DNA of 64,000 nucleotides from Gammaproteobacteria bacterium. Its GTDB lineage: Bacteria; Pseudomonadota; Gammaproteobacteria; JAADHS01. The translations under genes and the position numbers were made by a program. Where the stretch lies: assembly GCA_013151745.1 (NCBI GenBank), contig JAADHS010000078.1, positions 255 through 64,254 of the forward strand. Reading direction: 5' to 3'. Below, in pieces: positions 19,866-30,685 of this stretch. Positions within the stretch are counted from its first letter, which is position 1. Each line of letters opens with the position of its first letter. The notes under the pieces were generated by a model. It was not told the origin of the DNA, searched no databases, and saw only the letters and a program-made list of their open reading frames with translations.

Positions 19866-21725
19866 ATGATGAATCAATATCCGGTTTGGAAGTACACGCT
19901 GATTGCGGTTATATGTTTGCTCGCTGGGTTTTACGCACTTCCTAACTTATTTGGTAATGACCCGGCGTTACAGGTGTCAGCAACGCGTTCAGCCATTATT
20001 GATGCCTCAACCGAAGTGCTCGTTAAAGAAACGTTGACTTCATCTGAAATTAAATATAAATCAGCTGAAATCACTCCGCAGGGACTGTTAGTTCGTTTTG
20101 ACGATACCAATGAGCAACTCAAGGCACAGCGGCTGATTAAGTCTGAGTTGGGCAGTGATTATGTTGTTGCATTAAATCTTGCGCCAGCGACGCCAGGGTG
20201 GTTGCAAGACATGGGAGCAGATCCCATGTTTTTAGGTCTGGATTTACGTGGTGGTGTGCACTTTTTAATGGAAGTCGATATGCACTCTGCGATTAAATCC
20301 GCTGAAATTCGTTATCGCGATGAAGTGCGAGCATTATTGCGAAAAAATAAAATTCGTTATCTTTCAATCTCTCATCGCGCAGCGGGAGGCATTTCCGTGA
20401 AGTTTCGTGATGAGACTGATCTGGAGACTAGTCGAGACCTTATTCGTAAAGAACTAGATACCCTGGATCAGCAAGAAAAAAAGAATGACGGACGTGCCAC
20501 TCTGTTCTTAACGATTACGAAAGATGAGGTTCGTGCGGTCAAAAATTTTGCGTTGCAGCAAAATATGACGACTTTACGTAACCGGGTGAATGAGTTAGGT
20601 GTTGCTGAGCCTGTAATACAGCAACAGGGTCTAAATCGCATTGTTGTACAACTTCCCGGTATTCAAGATACGGCCAGAGCAAAAGAAATTCTCGGCGCAA
20701 CAGCAACCCTTGAATTTCGCATGGCGGATGAAACGAGTGACGTTCAAAGTGCCGTAGAAGGGCGCTCACCCGCCGGATCCAAGCTGTATCGCGAACGTAA
20801 TGGCAGTCCAATTTTATTGAAAAAGCGGATTATCGTTACGGGCGATCAAATTACCGATGCCGCTTCAGGTATAGATCAGCAAGATGGCAGTGCTGCTGTA
20901 TTTATCAGTCTGGATGGCAAGGGTGCCAATAAAATGCTAGATACGACCAAGGCTAATGTTGGTAAGTTAATGGCGGTGGTCTTTATTGAAAACAAAACAG
21001 ACACCAGGCTCGTCGATGGCGAAGAAGTCAAAACAAAGCGTCGCATAGAAGAAGTGATCAATGTTGCCCGGATTCGTGAAGCGTTTAGTCATCGTTTTCA
21101 AATTACGGGTTTGGATGATACCGAAGAGGCGCGAGACCTAGCTTTGTTGCTGCGTGCGGGTGCTTTGTCTGCGCCTATGGATATTGTTGAAGAGCGTACC
21201 GTAGGGCCGAGCCTGGGTAAGGATAATATAGATAAAGGCTTTTTGTCTGTACAGATTGGCTTTATCCTTGTGCTTATTTTTATGGTCTTTTATTATCGAA
21301 CTTTTGGTGTGATTGCTTGTGTAGCACTGACTGTCAATTTAGTTTTGTTGGTTGCGGTGTTGTCGCTGTTGCAAGCAACTCTGACTTTGCCAGGTATCGC
21401 CGGGATTGTTTTAACGGTAGGGATGGCCGTCGATGCAAATGTGCTTATTTTTGAGCGTATCCGAGAAGAGATACGTAATGGTAACTCATCGCAGGCGAGT
21501 ATTCATGCGGGTTATGAAAAAGCTCTTTCGACGATTGCTGATGCGAATATTACAACATTTATTGTTGCGATCGTACTTTATGGCTTGGGTACGGGGGCAA
21601 TAAAAGGTTTTGCCGTCACGTTGTCGATTGGCATTTTGACCTCAATGTTCACCGCTATTATGGGAACACGTGCAATCGTGAACCTGATTTATGGTGGTAA
21701 ACGTATCGAACGGCTTTCTATTTAG
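19866..21725 (+). CDS. secD: Protein translocase subunit SecD
   Basis: 619 aa. Large periplasmic domain followed by the 6-TM SecD C-terminal domain. Conserved yajC-secD-secF order. Confidence 0.92.
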   Translation: MMNQYPVWKYTLIAVICLLAGFYALPNLFGNDPALQVSATRSAIIDASTEVLVKETLTSSEIKYKSAEITPQGLLVRFDDTNEQLKAQRLIKSELGSDYVVALNLAPATPGWLQDMGADPMFLGLDLRGGVHFLMEVDMHSAIKSAEIRYRDEVRALLRKNKIRYLSISHRAAGGISVKFRDETDLETSRDLIRKELDTLDQQEKKNDGRATLFLTITKDEVRAVKNFALQQNMTTLRNRVNELGVAEPVIQQQGLNRIVVQLPGIQDTARAKEILGATATLEFRMADETSDVQSAVEGRSPAGSKLYRERNGSPILLKKRIIVTGDQITDAASGIDQQDGSAAVFISLDGKGANKMLDTTKANVGKLMAVVFIENKTDTRLVDGEEVKTKRRIEEVINVARIREAFSHRFQITGLDDTEEARDLALLLRAGALSAPMDIVEERTVGPSLGKDNIDKGFLSVQIGFILVLIFMVFYYRTFGVIACVALTVNLVLLVAVLSLLQATLTLPGIAGIVLTVGMAVDANVLIFERIREEIRNGNSSQASIHAGYEKALSTIADANITTFIVAIVLYGLGTGAIKGFAVTLSIGILTSMFTAIMGTRAIVNLIYGGKRIERLSI

Positions 21726-21970
21726 GAGGTGTGACTAAAATAACCTGGGCAGATTGCGCAGGATATCGTTTCGTATTCAAGGCTTTTGCCATCCATGGCA
21801 CGCCCCTTACCTACTTTTCCATATAGGCAAGGTGCACAAAGGGGTGCATGCTCATTGTATGTAACCCTTTATGCAACACGGATAGATAGACAAGCAAAAT
21901 GTCCAGGTTATTTTGTCACACATCCTCAAGAGTGCCCTTGTTTTATGAATATAAGTGTAAGTGAGAAAAT

Positions 21971-22909
21971 ATGAAGCAATTAATTAAGCAGCTTAACATT
22001 GACTTTATGGCTATGCGTAAGCCTGCGTTGATAGTGTCATTAGCTTTGATATTGATTTCGTTTATTTCTCTTGGTGTAAGAGGTCTGAATTTGGGGATCG
22101 ACTTTACAGGAGGCACCTTGATTGAAGTGGGCTACCAGCAAGCAGCCGACCTCAATAAGGTGCGTGATGCTTTGGTAGAAGCTGATTTTGATGATGCCAT
22201 TGTACAGCATTTTGGTAGTGTGACCGAGGTGTTAGTTCGTGTGGCGCCTCGTGAAGGACTCGATACAGCAAAAGTAAGTTCTCAAGTTCTGCAAGTTTTA
22301 CAAAGTCAGGATGACAGTGTCTCTATGAGGCGGGTTGAGTTTGTTGGGCCTCAAGTCGGTGAAGAATTAACAGAAGATGGTGGCATGGCGCTATTAATTG
22401 CGCTGGTTTGCATTTTGATTTATGTCACCGTACGATTTGAGAAGCGTTTTGCTGCGGGTTCAGTCTTGGCTTTGATTCACGATGTCACGATTACTTTAGG
22501 TCTGTTTTCAATATTCCAGCTTGAGTTTGATCTGAGTGTTTTAGCCGCAATTCTAGCGGTGATCGGTTATTCGTTGAATGATACGATCGTAGTGTTTGAT
22601 CGCATTCGTGAAAACTTTAGAAAAATTCGTAAAGCAAGCTCAGAAAGTGTTATTAACACGTCTCTAAATCAAACATTGTCAAGAACATTGGTGACTTCTT
22701 TAACGACATTATTAGTGCTGTTATCACTTTTTTTGTTTGGTGGAGAGGTTATCCATGGTTTTGCCACTGCTTTAATTATCGGTGTATTGGTTGGAACATA
22801 TTCTTCTATTTATATAGCAAGTTCAGCTGTTTTGATGTTGGGTGTGAGTAAAGCCGATTTAATGCCGGTAGTTAAGGAAGGTGCCGAGTTGGATGATGAT
22901 CGCCCATAG
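21971..22909 (+). CDS. secF: Protein translocase subunit SecF
   Basis: 312 aa, with the SecF signature GIDFTGGT and C-terminal TM bundle. Confidence 0.92.
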   Translation: MKQLIKQLNIDFMAMRKPALIVSLALILISFISLGVRGLNLGIDFTGGTLIEVGYQQAADLNKVRDALVEADFDDAIVQHFGSVTEVLVRVAPREGLDTAKVSSQVLQVLQSQDDSVSMRRVEFVGPQVGEELTEDGGMALLIALVCILIYVTVRFEKRFAAGSVLALIHDVTITLGLFSIFQLEFDLSVLAAILAVIGYSLNDTIVVFDRIRENFRKIRKASSESVINTSLNQTLSRTLVTSLTTLLVLLSLFLFGGEVIHGFATALIIGVLVGTYSSIYIASSAVLMLGVSKADLMPVVKEGAELDDDRP

Positions 22910-23239
22910 AGCCATCTTATCCCGCTGACGGCCATGGAGAGCGCAGAGAGAGCCCGTTTTGCGTTGTCCGCGGTAGGTCACGCGCGCGCCGCGCCTCGCT
23001 GTTTGCCCTTTGAAGTTAGGAGCGCTAGCGAGTGACGTAGAAATGCAAGAGCGGCTTTAGTGACCGTAGAGTCATTGAGGAAATATGATGGTGTGTAATG
23101 AGCGAAGTAGTTGTCGCGTAAGGTGACGACGATTTTTCCTACTACGTTGTTCTATATCACTACCTTGCACTATACGCGCAGAAAGAAGTGCCCTTGAGGT
23201 ACGTTTGCGTCCATCTGAGTTTTTTAGGTTACAGGTCAT

Positions 23240-24637
23240 TTAGAAAAAGGCCGCACCCTCTTTGTGTTTTGCTGTGCGAGGCTCGTCTTTAGAGGCAACT
23301 TCTATACGATTACGGCCTAGGTGTTTGGCGCGATATAATGCCGTATCAGCTCGTTCGATGATTTCTGTGGGTGTTTCCCCTAGTTGATAATGTGCAATAC
23401 CTGCTGAAAATGTAGGTGTGGGGATCATGACTCCATTGTGTTCCGTGGCATGTTTGGCGACTTGTCGTTGAACCTTGCGAACGGCGCTCAATGCCCCCTC
23501 AGCATCGGTGTTGGGTAATAATACGGCGAATTCTTCGCCACCATATCGAGCAACCATGTCATGATGGCGGAAAATGGATAAAATATTTTCTGAATACAAG
23601 CGCAGTACTTTGTCGCCTGCCGTATGACCATATTGGTCATTAATGCTTTTAAATCCATCAAGGTCAATTAGAACTAATGGCAGGTCATTGCCATAACGTT
23701 GTACTCGCCCTATTTCATCTTCCAACCTGCGCATAAAAGCGCGACGATTAGGCAGCTCGGTTAGTTCGTCGGTGAGACTTAATAAATGGACGCGGTCAAG
23801 CTCATCATTAAGTTCCTGGCTGTCCATGGCAATTCTATCCAGATACTGGCGGGCATTGTTAAATTGATTGGACATTTCATGATGAGCCGTAAGCAGTTTT
23901 TTGACCTCTATAATTAGTGTTTTTCGAGATAAGTCTATTTCTTTTTGTGAGTTTGCTTCCTGGAGAGTGTGTAATTCTCCATTTAATAACATGCCAAACT
24001 CTTCATTTCGGTGTTTGGTGTCATTGAGCTGCTGGGCAAGATTTTGCTGAATTTCTACAATTGTTTTCTTTTTTTCATGCAAATGACGTTTATATGCAGA
24101 ATCAACAGCATTATTGGATACGGACTCATTGCGTGGTATCCGGCGTCTTTCCTGGAAGGTAGGTTCATGGGTTATGGGGGATTGTGTTATCAGCACGTCT
24201 TGTTTTTGTTGGGTTGTGCCCGGTGTCAGTTTTTCATCGTGGTGTGCGGGGTGATTAGCAGATATAGGTTCTATTGATTCCTCCATGCTTGTATGGGCGG
24301 GGGTCATTTCCATTTGTTCATAACAAGCTTCAAAGCAGTTTTTTAAGGTGATGAGCTCAGGTTTTGATAAAGGGGGAGACAAGTGCAACATAATCAAGTT
24401 GAGTTGAGCCTGCAATGACGACCCTTTAGTGGTGCGTGATATAAACGCTTTTAACAGTATATCTAAAAGCTGGGAATAAGCCTCTTCCATCTCCGCATGA
24501 TTGGCTTCATTGCGTTCCAGCATGATTTCAAGGTGCTTGTATATAGTGGCACCTACAGTCGTGTGGGACAGTCCTTTTAGGGGTTGTAAAACCACTTTTG
24601 GAAACGGTATTTTTGCTATATCTAACTTTTGTGACAC
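23240..24637 (-). CDS. Diguanylate cyclase: long N-terminal coiled-coil/sensor region plus GGDEF domain with intact GGEEF A-site and RxxD I-site
   Basis: RHHDMVARYGGEEF, with the RxxD motif five residues upstream of GGEEF. The N-terminal about 280 aa are Gln/Glu/Leu-rich and predicted coiled-coil. No TM segment. Confidence 0.85.
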   Translation of the reverse strand: MSQKLDIAKIPFPKVVLQPLKGLSHTTVGATIYKHLEIMLERNEANHAEMEEAYSQLLDILLKAFISRTTKGSSLQAQLNLIMLHLSPPLSKPELITLKNCFEACYEQMEMTPAHTSMEESIEPISANHPAHHDEKLTPGTTQQKQDVLITQSPITHEPTFQERRRIPRNESVSNNAVDSAYKRHLHEKKKTIVEIQQNLAQQLNDTKHRNEEFGMLLNGELHTLQEANSQKEIDLSRKTLIIEVKKLLTAHHEMSNQFNNARQYLDRIAMDSQELNDELDRVHLLSLTDELTELPNRRAFMRRLEDEIGRVQRYGNDLPLVLIDLDGFKSINDQYGHTAGDKVLRLYSENILSIFRHHDMVARYGGEEFAVLLPNTDAEGALSAVRKVQRQVAKHATEHNGVMIPTPTFSAGIAHYQLGETPTEIIERADTALYRAKHLGRNRIEVASKDEPRTAKHKEGAAFF

Positions 24638-25032
24638 CTTTTTTGCTATCCTTTTAATGGGTTGGCTTTTTGGTATGTCTATTCTACGCTAAGATTAGCT
24701 TGTAATGCTATATTTACTATATGGATATGTTGTACGTATTTATCTATTATCAATTTTTTCTGAGTGGGCTGACTAGCATTAAGCAAAGTATATGCCTAGT
24801 TCTTAAAGTTATTTAAAATCAACCTATTAGGTTTTTTAGTTGTTTCTTGAATGTCACGCTATGTCAGAATTTCCGACACCTTTTTTTATTCTTCGTGAAG
24901 TAGAGGCGTGGCTTTTATTGGTATGGAAACAAGATGAATATATCTGTGCAGCGAGAAGGTGGATCATGTATTCTTGGCCTCTTTTTTGTTTCATTACTTA
25001 CATTGATTAAGTTAGGCTAGAAGGTGGAATTG

Positions 25033-26289
25033 ATGTTCAGACGAGATATGAAAATCGCAGACTATGATGAAGAACTCTGGAGTGCCATGCAGCACGAATT
25101 ACTGCGGCAAGAAGAGCATATTGAACTTATTGCATCTGAGAACTATACCAGCCCAAGAGTGATGGCGGCGCAAGGTTCTGTCTTAACTAATAAATACGCG
25201 GAAGGTTATCCAGGGAAACGGTATTACGGAGGGTGTGAACATGTTGACATTGCTGAGCAACTTGCAATAGATCGTGTCAAAGCTTTGTTTGCAGCAGGTT
25301 ACGCCAATGTGCAGCCTCATTCTGGCTCTCAGGCCAATGCGGCTGTTTATCTGGCATTATTGAATGCGGGTGAGACGATATTGGGTATGAGCCTGGCGCA
25401 TGGCGGTCACTTGACCCATGGTTCGAAAGTTAATTTTTCAGGTAAGTTGTTTAATGCCATCCAGTATGGCTTGAATGAAGCTACGGGAGAAATTGACTAT
25501 GAGCAAGTTGCAGCCTTGGCGCAAGAGCATCAACCGAAAGTGATTGTAGCCGGGTTCAGTGCTTATTCACGAATTGTTGATTGGCAGCGTTTTCGTGACA
25601 TTGCAGATCAAGTGGGTGCTTATCTGTTCGTTGATATGGCTCATGTTGCGGGTTTAGTTGCTGCTGGCGTTTATCCTAGTCCGGTAAATATTGCTGATGT
25701 CACCACCTCGACGACACATAAAACTTTACGAGGGCCTCGTGGTGGTATTATTTTGGCAAAAGCAAACCCCGAATTAGAAAAAAAGTTAAATTCTTTGGTT
25801 TTTCCAGGTACGCAAGGCGGCCCTTTGATGCATGTTATTGCAGCTAAAGCGGTTGCGTTTAAAGAAGCCGCTGAGCCAGAGTTTAAAGTGTATCAGCAAC
25901 AAGTAGTCGATAATGCGCGAGCGATGGTGGCGGTGTTTATTGAACGTGGGTATAAAATAGTCTCTGATGGCACGGATAATCACTTGTTTTTGGTTGATTT
26001 GATTGCTAAGGGCATGACAGGTAAGGTGGCCGATGCTGCATTAGGCGCAGCAAATATCACGGTCAATATGAATAGTGTCCCTAATGATCCTCAATCGCCC
26101 TTTGTGACGAGTGGCATTCGTGTTGGAACCCCCGCCATAACCACGCGGGGTCTCAATGAGGCTGAGGCGGCTGAACTGGCGGGCTGGATGTGTGATATTC
26201 TTGACGATGTAGAATCTCAGGAAAGCATAGAACAAGTCAAAGCGAGCGTGCTCGATTTATGTGCACGGTTTCCAGTATACGAAAAATAA
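25033..26289 (+). CDS. glyA: Serine hydroxymethyltransferase
   Basis: [16 protein letters not shown]...[14 protein letters not shown]...HGGHLTHGS...[15 protein letters not shown] at 25033 with AAGGTGG RBS 5 nt upstream. The ORF-track GTG at 25024 is rejected as the start. Confidence 0.95.
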   Translation: MFRRDMKIADYDEELWSAMQHELLRQEEHIELIASENYTSPRVMAAQGSVLTNKYAEGYPGKRYYGGCEHVDIAEQLAIDRVKALFAAGYANVQPHSGSQANAAVYLALLNAGETILGMSLAHGGHLTHGSKVNFSGKLFNAIQYGLNEATGEIDYEQVAALAQEHQPKVIVAGFSAYSRIVDWQRFRDIADQVGAYLFVDMAHVAGLVAAGVYPSPVNIADVTTSTTHKTLRGPRGGIILAKANPELEKKLNSLVFPGTQGGPLMHVIAAKAVAFKEAAEPEFKVYQQQVVDNARAMVAVFIERGYKIVSDGTDNHLFLVDLIAKGMTGKVADAALGAANITVNMNSVPNDPQSPFVTSGIRVGTPAITTRGLNEAEAAELAGWMCDILDDVESQESIEQVKASVLDLCARFPVYEK

Positions 26290-26291
26290 TA

Positions 26292-26762
26292 ATGATCTGT
26301 CCTTTTTGCAACCTCGATGAGACAAAGGTGATCGATTCTCGTTTGGCCAATGAGGGGGCAGAAGTACGTCGACGGCGTGAATGTCAACATTGCCTCGAAC
26401 GGTTTACAACGTTTGAGTCGGCCGAGTTAGTGATGCCGAGAATTATCAAACGAGACCAACGTCGAGAGCCTTTTAACGAAGAAAAATTACGCTCAGGTAT
26501 TTTAAGAGCATTGGAAAAACGCCCTGTTGAAATAGAGGAAGTTGAGGCGGCGATCAATCGTATCAAGCATCGGTTACGCTCAACAGGAGATAGAGAAATT
26601 AAAGCAGACAAAGTGGGCGAATGGATTATGAGTGAGCTCAAAGATCTTGATCAGGTTGCCTATGTACGTTTTGCATCCGTATATCGCAGTTTTCAGGATG
26701 TGAGTGAGTTTAAAGAAGAAATTGAACGGCTAGAAAAAGAGTTGCCACCCATGCAGTCCTGA
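26292..26762 (+). CDS. nrdR: Transcriptional repressor NrdR
   Basis: MICPFC...CQHC zinc ribbon plus ATP-cone. The ATG at 26292 gives the canonical NrdR N-terminus. The ORF-track start at 26259 would overlap the glyA end. Confidence 0.9.
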   Translation: MICPFCNLDETKVIDSRLANEGAEVRRRRECQHCLERFTTFESAELVMPRIIKRDQRREPFNEEKLRSGILRALEKRPVEIEEVEAAINRIKHRLRSTGDREIKADKVGEWIMSELKDLDQVAYVRFASVYRSFQDVSEFKEEIERLEKELPPMQS

Positions 26763-26823
26763 TGGTGGCAGAGTATTTTATGCTATGTACTTTCTAGATT
26801 AATACAGGGTAAAAAACGCTCAG

Positions 26824-27939
26824 GTGTTATTTTCTGCAAATGACCATCACTTCATGGCTCAGGCTTTACGTTTGGCGTATCGAGGTCTCAATACAACACA
26901 GCCTAATCCTCGTGTAGGGTGTGTCCTTGTTGTGAATGAGCACGTTATCTCCGAAGGCTGGCATAGGACAACCGGGGGCGACCATGCGGAAATTGTTGCG
27001 TTGAAAAATGCAACAACAAGTACGGAAGGGGCAACCGCTTATGTGACTCTGGAGCCTTGTTGTCATCACGGGCGAACCGGCCCTTGCACCTCAGCTTTGA
27101 TTCGCGCCGGAGTGTGTCGTGTGGTGGTGGCGATGATGGACCCCTTTCCTGAAGTGGCAGGGCGTGGTATCGAAATATTGCGTCAAGCCGGAGTGCAAGT
27201 GGATGTGGGCTTGATGCAACAACAGGCAATACGTCTGAATGCAGGTTTTGTTAAACGGCTCACCACCGGTTATCCCTGGGTTCGCAGCAAAATAGCCTGC
27301 TCTCTTGATGCGCGTACTGCTGCGGCCAACGGTGAAAGTAAGTGGATTACCTCAGACTTGTCACGGCAGGACGTGCAACGGTGGCGGGCACGCAGTAGTG
27401 CAATAATGACGGGCATAGGCACTGTTATGGCCGATGATCCTTCGCTCAATGTAAGGCACTTTGATGATGATTTTCAGCAGCAACCTTTGAGAGTCGTTTT
27501 AGATAGTACCTTGAAAATGCAGCCGAGTGCACGAATGTTGGCTTTGCCGGGACGTACCCTGATTTTCACAACAGGAGAGAAATCACTTCGTATACAAGCC
27601 TTGCGTGATGCGGGTGCAACGGTGGTGATACAGCCAGAACAAAATAACAAGCTGGATCTAAAACAAGTGCTGTTATACCTGGCAACGCAAAATATTAATG
27701 AAATTTTGCTTGAGGCGGGTGCGACTTTAAATGGGGCTTTCGTGGATGGTGGCTGGGTTGATGAATTTTTAATCTATATGGCTCCCAGTTTTATGGGAAA
27801 CAGTGCGCGTGGGTTATTTGATACCGCTAATATGAAATGTTTATCTGACCGGGTTAACTTGCAGATTGATGAGGTTCGTCAATTGGGTAATGATATTCGC
27901 ATTCGAGCTTTTCCCTGCCAGCATAGTGAGGTGGTTTGA
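26824..27939 (+). CDS. ribD: Bifunctional riboflavin biosynthesis protein RibD (deaminase/reductase)
   Basis: Cytidine-deaminase zinc motif HAEIVAL...TLEPCCHHGRTGPC and C-terminal RibD reductase domain. The start may be the internal ATG at 26854 (MAQALRLA). Confidence 0.9.
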   Translation: MLFSANDHHFMAQALRLAYRGLNTTQPNPRVGCVLVVNEHVISEGWHRTTGGDHAEIVALKNATTSTEGATAYVTLEPCCHHGRTGPCTSALIRAGVCRVVVAMMDPFPEVAGRGIEILRQAGVQVDVGLMQQQAIRLNAGFVKRLTTGYPWVRSKIACSLDARTAAANGESKWITSDLSRQDVQRWRARSSAIMTGIGTVMADDPSLNVRHFDDDFQQQPLRVVLDSTLKMQPSARMLALPGRTLIFTTGEKSLRIQALRDAGATVVIQPEQNNKLDLKQVLLYLATQNINEILLEAGATLNGAFVDGGWVDEFLIYMAPSFMGNSARGLFDTANMKCLSDRVNLQIDEVRQLGNDIRIRAFPCQHSEVV

Positions 27940-28593
27940 GTGTTTACCGGAATAATCGAAACGGTGGGTCAGGTTGTTCATATTGAAAATGGTCAGCAAG
28001 GGTGTCGTTTGCGCTTGCAGCCAGAAAAAATAACTCCGGCCACGGTTGATTTAGGTGCGAGCATTGCCGTGAACGGGGTTTGTTTAACCGTTTGCAAATT
28101 TGCTGATAAAGACTTGATGTTTGATGTTTCTGCCGAAACACGATCGCGTACTACGCTAGGTCAACTTACAACGGCGAGTCGTGTTAATTTGGAGCAAGCT
28201 GTCACACCGAGTACTCGCTTGGGTGGCCATTTGGTGAGTGGCCATGTTGATGGTGTTGGCAAAATAGTCTCTATTGTGGCAGACGGCTTCAGCCAAATTA
28301 TGACGTTTGAAATTGACAAAGAGTTAGCTAGATATATTGCCACAAAGGGGTCAATTACCGTTGATGGTGTGAGTCTCACTGTCAATTGGGTTGAGGGGTG
28401 TCAGTTTAAGTTGACCCTTATCCCGCATACATTACAAGAGACGACAATGGGTTCTTATCGTTCTGGACAATCCGTTAACATTGAGGTTGATTTGGTCGCA
28501 CGTTATATTGAACGGCTGATGTCTGATGAGGCTTCGTCATCGCACTCGACCCTCACGACAAATTTTTTAAATAGACACGGTTTTATTCGTTAA
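27940..28593 (+). CDS. ribE: Riboflavin synthase (alpha subunit)
   Basis: MFTGIIETVG N-terminus and duplicated lumazine-binding halves (SIAVNGVCLTV / SITVDGVSLTV). GTG start. Confidence 0.9.
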   Translation: MFTGIIETVGQVVHIENGQQGCRLRLQPEKITPATVDLGASIAVNGVCLTVCKFADKDLMFDVSAETRSRTTLGQLTTASRVNLEQAVTPSTRLGGHLVSGHVDGVGKIVSIVADGFSQIMTFEIDKELARYIATKGSITVDGVSLTVNWVEGCQFKLTLIPHTLQETTMGSYRSGQSVNIEVDLVARYIERLMSDEASSSHSTLTTNFLNRHGFIR

Positions 28594-28595
28594 AA

Positions 28596-29702
28596 ATGAA
28601 TAGTATTGAAGAAATAATTAATGATATCACCCAAGGGAAAATGGTGATCATCATGGATGATGAAGATCGGGAAAATGAAGGTGATTTATTGATGGCCGCA
28701 TCATGGGTACGGCCTGAAGATATCAACTTTATGGCGCGTTATGGTCGCGGCTTAATCTGCTTGACGATGACGGAGTCGCGCTGTGAGCAATTGCGGTTAC
28801 CTTTGATGGTGGGTGATACCCGTGATCAACATCACACTAATTTCACAGTATCCATTGAAGCTGCAGAGGGTGTGACCACAGGAATTTCTGCCGCAGACCG
28901 AGCGCAAACGGTTCGTGCTGCTGTGGCGCGTGATGCGAAGCCGAGTGATCTTGTTCAGCCAGGGCATATCTTTCCCATTATGGCGCAACCCGGAGGTGTA
29001 TTAACTCGAGCAGGCCATACGGAGGCAGGCTGTGATTTGACGGCACTTGCGGGCTTGGAGGCGGCGAGTGTTATTGTTGAAATCTTAAATGAAGACGGAA
29101 CCATGGCGCGTCGGCCGGAGCTTGAACAATTTGCACAAACACATCAGCTGAAAATAGGTACCATCGCTGATTTAATTCGTTATCGAGCGTCACATGAAAA
29201 AACGATCCATAGCGTTGCAGAATGTGACGTTAATACAGAATGGGGTCCGTTCAAGTTGCTGGCTTTTGAAGAGTCACATCGGAAGCTGGTGCATCTGGTG
29301 ATGGTTAAAGGTGAGCTTAATGCGGACGTTCCTGCATTAGTGCGTGTTCACATGCAGGATCACTTGGCTGACATGGCCGGTTTTGAATGGGCGGCGATGG
29401 GCTGGCCTTATCGCCGCGCCTTGGCACGAATAGCCGAAGAGGGGTCTGGTGTCTTGGTTATATTGAGTCATATGATGGAACCCCAGGATATTATTCAGCG
29501 TATCAATCAATTTACATTGAAAGAAAAGGGGGTTACCTTACCGCAACCCTCACCCAGCGACGATATGCGAACCTATGGTGTGGGTGCGCAGATTTTAACC
29601 GCAATGGGCTTGCGCAAGTTACGGGTGCTGGGTACGCCAAAACGTTTTCATGGTCTGGCGGGGTTCGGCCTGAAAATAATCGAATATGTGGATTGTGATT
29701 AG
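28596..29702 (+). CDS. ribBA: 3,4-dihydroxy-2-butanone-4-phosphate synthase (RibB) with a C-terminal GTP-cyclohydrolase-II-like domain that lacks the zinc Cys triad
   Basis: The RibB N-terminal half ([11 protein letters not shown]..., GHTEAGCDL) is intact. The C-terminal about 170 aa align positionally with RibA but have no CxxxxxCxC motif. Confidence 0.85.
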   Translation: MNSIEEIINDITQGKMVIIMDDEDRENEGDLLMAASWVRPEDINFMARYGRGLICLTMTESRCEQLRLPLMVGDTRDQHHTNFTVSIEAAEGVTTGISAADRAQTVRAAVARDAKPSDLVQPGHIFPIMAQPGGVLTRAGHTEAGCDLTALAGLEAASVIVEILNEDGTMARRPELEQFAQTHQLKIGTIADLIRYRASHEKTIHSVAECDVNTEWGPFKLLAFEESHRKLVHLVMVKGELNADVPALVRVHMQDHLADMAGFEWAAMGWPYRRALARIAEEGSGVLVILSHMMEPQDIIQRINQFTLKEKGVTLPQPSPSDDMRTYGVGAQILTAMGLRKLRVLGTPKRFHGLAGFGLKIIEYVDCD

Positions 29703-29705
29703 GGG

Positions 29706-30185
29706 GTGAAGATGACAAAAGTGAATATATTTAGAGGCAATCTGGTTGTTGTCGATGCCCGGTTTGCGATTGTGGCGGGGCGGTTCAACAGCTTTATCGG
29801 TGAACATCTGGTCAACGGTGCCATTGATACTTTGCTACAGCATGGGGTTGACGAAAAGAACATCGATGTTATTTATGCGCCTGGTGCCTTTGAAATACCA
29901 TTATTAACAAAAAAAGCAGCCCAGACCCTTCATTATCAAGCCATTATTGCTTTGGGCGTGGTGATCAGAGGGGGAACGGCTCATTTTGAATATGTTGCTG
30001 GTGAGTGTGCTAAAGGTATTGCCACGGTTGCGTTAGAGTCGGGTTTGCCTATTAGTTTTGGTGTTTTGACGGTAGATAACATTGAGCAAGCGATAGAACG
30101 AGCCGGTACTAAAGCAGGAAACAAAGGCGTGGATGCCGCCTTATCGGCCATTGAAATGGTGAGTGTTATTAAACAACTGGGCTGA
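29706..30185 (+). CDS. ribH: 6,7-dimethyl-8-ribityllumazine synthase
   Basis: [12 protein letters not shown]...APGAFEIPL...[14 protein letters not shown]. Confidence 0.92.
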   Translation: MKMTKVNIFRGNLVVVDARFAIVAGRFNSFIGEHLVNGAIDTLLQHGVDEKNIDVIYAPGAFEIPLLTKKAAQTLHYQAIIALGVVIRGGTAHFEYVAGECAKGIATVALESGLPISFGVLTVDNIEQAIERAGTKAGNKGVDAALSAIEMVSVIKQLG

Positions 30186-30266
30186 ATCAGTTTTTGCCTT
30201 TATTGTTCCGAAATCTATTCATTGTTATTAAATTGTTGGAGAAAAATTTTGAGTCGGGGACGTCCT

Positions 30267-30668
30267 ATGGCGCGGCAGCGTGCTGTGCAAGCGCTTTATC
30301 AATGGCAACAAGCGGGTCATGATTTAAGTGAAATAGAGTCTCAATTTTTGGTTGGGCAAGATATGTCTAGAGCGGATGTGCCTTATTTTCAGGAATTGTT
30401 ACACAAAATCCCTAGTGATGTTGAGACTTTGGATGCGCATTTACAGCCTTTATTAGACCGAAAAATGAACGAGGTCGATAGTGTTGAACGCGCTATTTTG
30501 CGTATTGGTACTTATGAATTAAAACACAGGTTTGATATTCCCTACCGTGTGGTTATTAACGAAGGTGTGGTGCTTGCAAAGAAATTTGGTGCTGTAGATA
30601 GCCATCGTTTTATCAATGGTATTCTCGACAAACTTTCTTTTACTTTGCGTAGTGCAGAGCGAAAATAA
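30267..30668 (+). CDS. nusB: Transcription antitermination factor NusB
   Basis: MARQRAVQALYQW... is the canonical NusB N-terminus. The ORF-track start at 30222 adds 15 non-conserved residues. Confidence 0.9.
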   Translation: MARQRAVQALYQWQQAGHDLSEIESQFLVGQDMSRADVPYFQELLHKIPSDVETLDAHLQPLLDRKMNEVDSVERAILRIGTYELKHRFDIPYRVVINEGVVLAKKFGAVDSHRFINGILDKLSFTLRSAERK

Positions 30669-30685
30669 TTGTAGAATTTATACCC

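Noticed and set aside
22910-23239. tmRNA, RNase P RNA, 6S or SRP RNA in the GC-rich block after secF
   Set aside because: None of the hallmark sequences I can recall are present: the tRNA-like 3' end with GGTTCGAATCC...CCA, the AGGAAAGTCCGGGCTCC P4 region, or the SRP domain IV motif. It is kept only as a low-interest unknown.
28596-29702. Calling ribBA a fully bifunctional DHBP synthase / GTP cyclohydrolase II
   Set aside because: The C-terminal domain lacks the CxxxxxCxC zinc triad of RibA, so cyclohydrolase activity is doubtful. It is annotated as RibB with a degenerate RibA-like domain instead.
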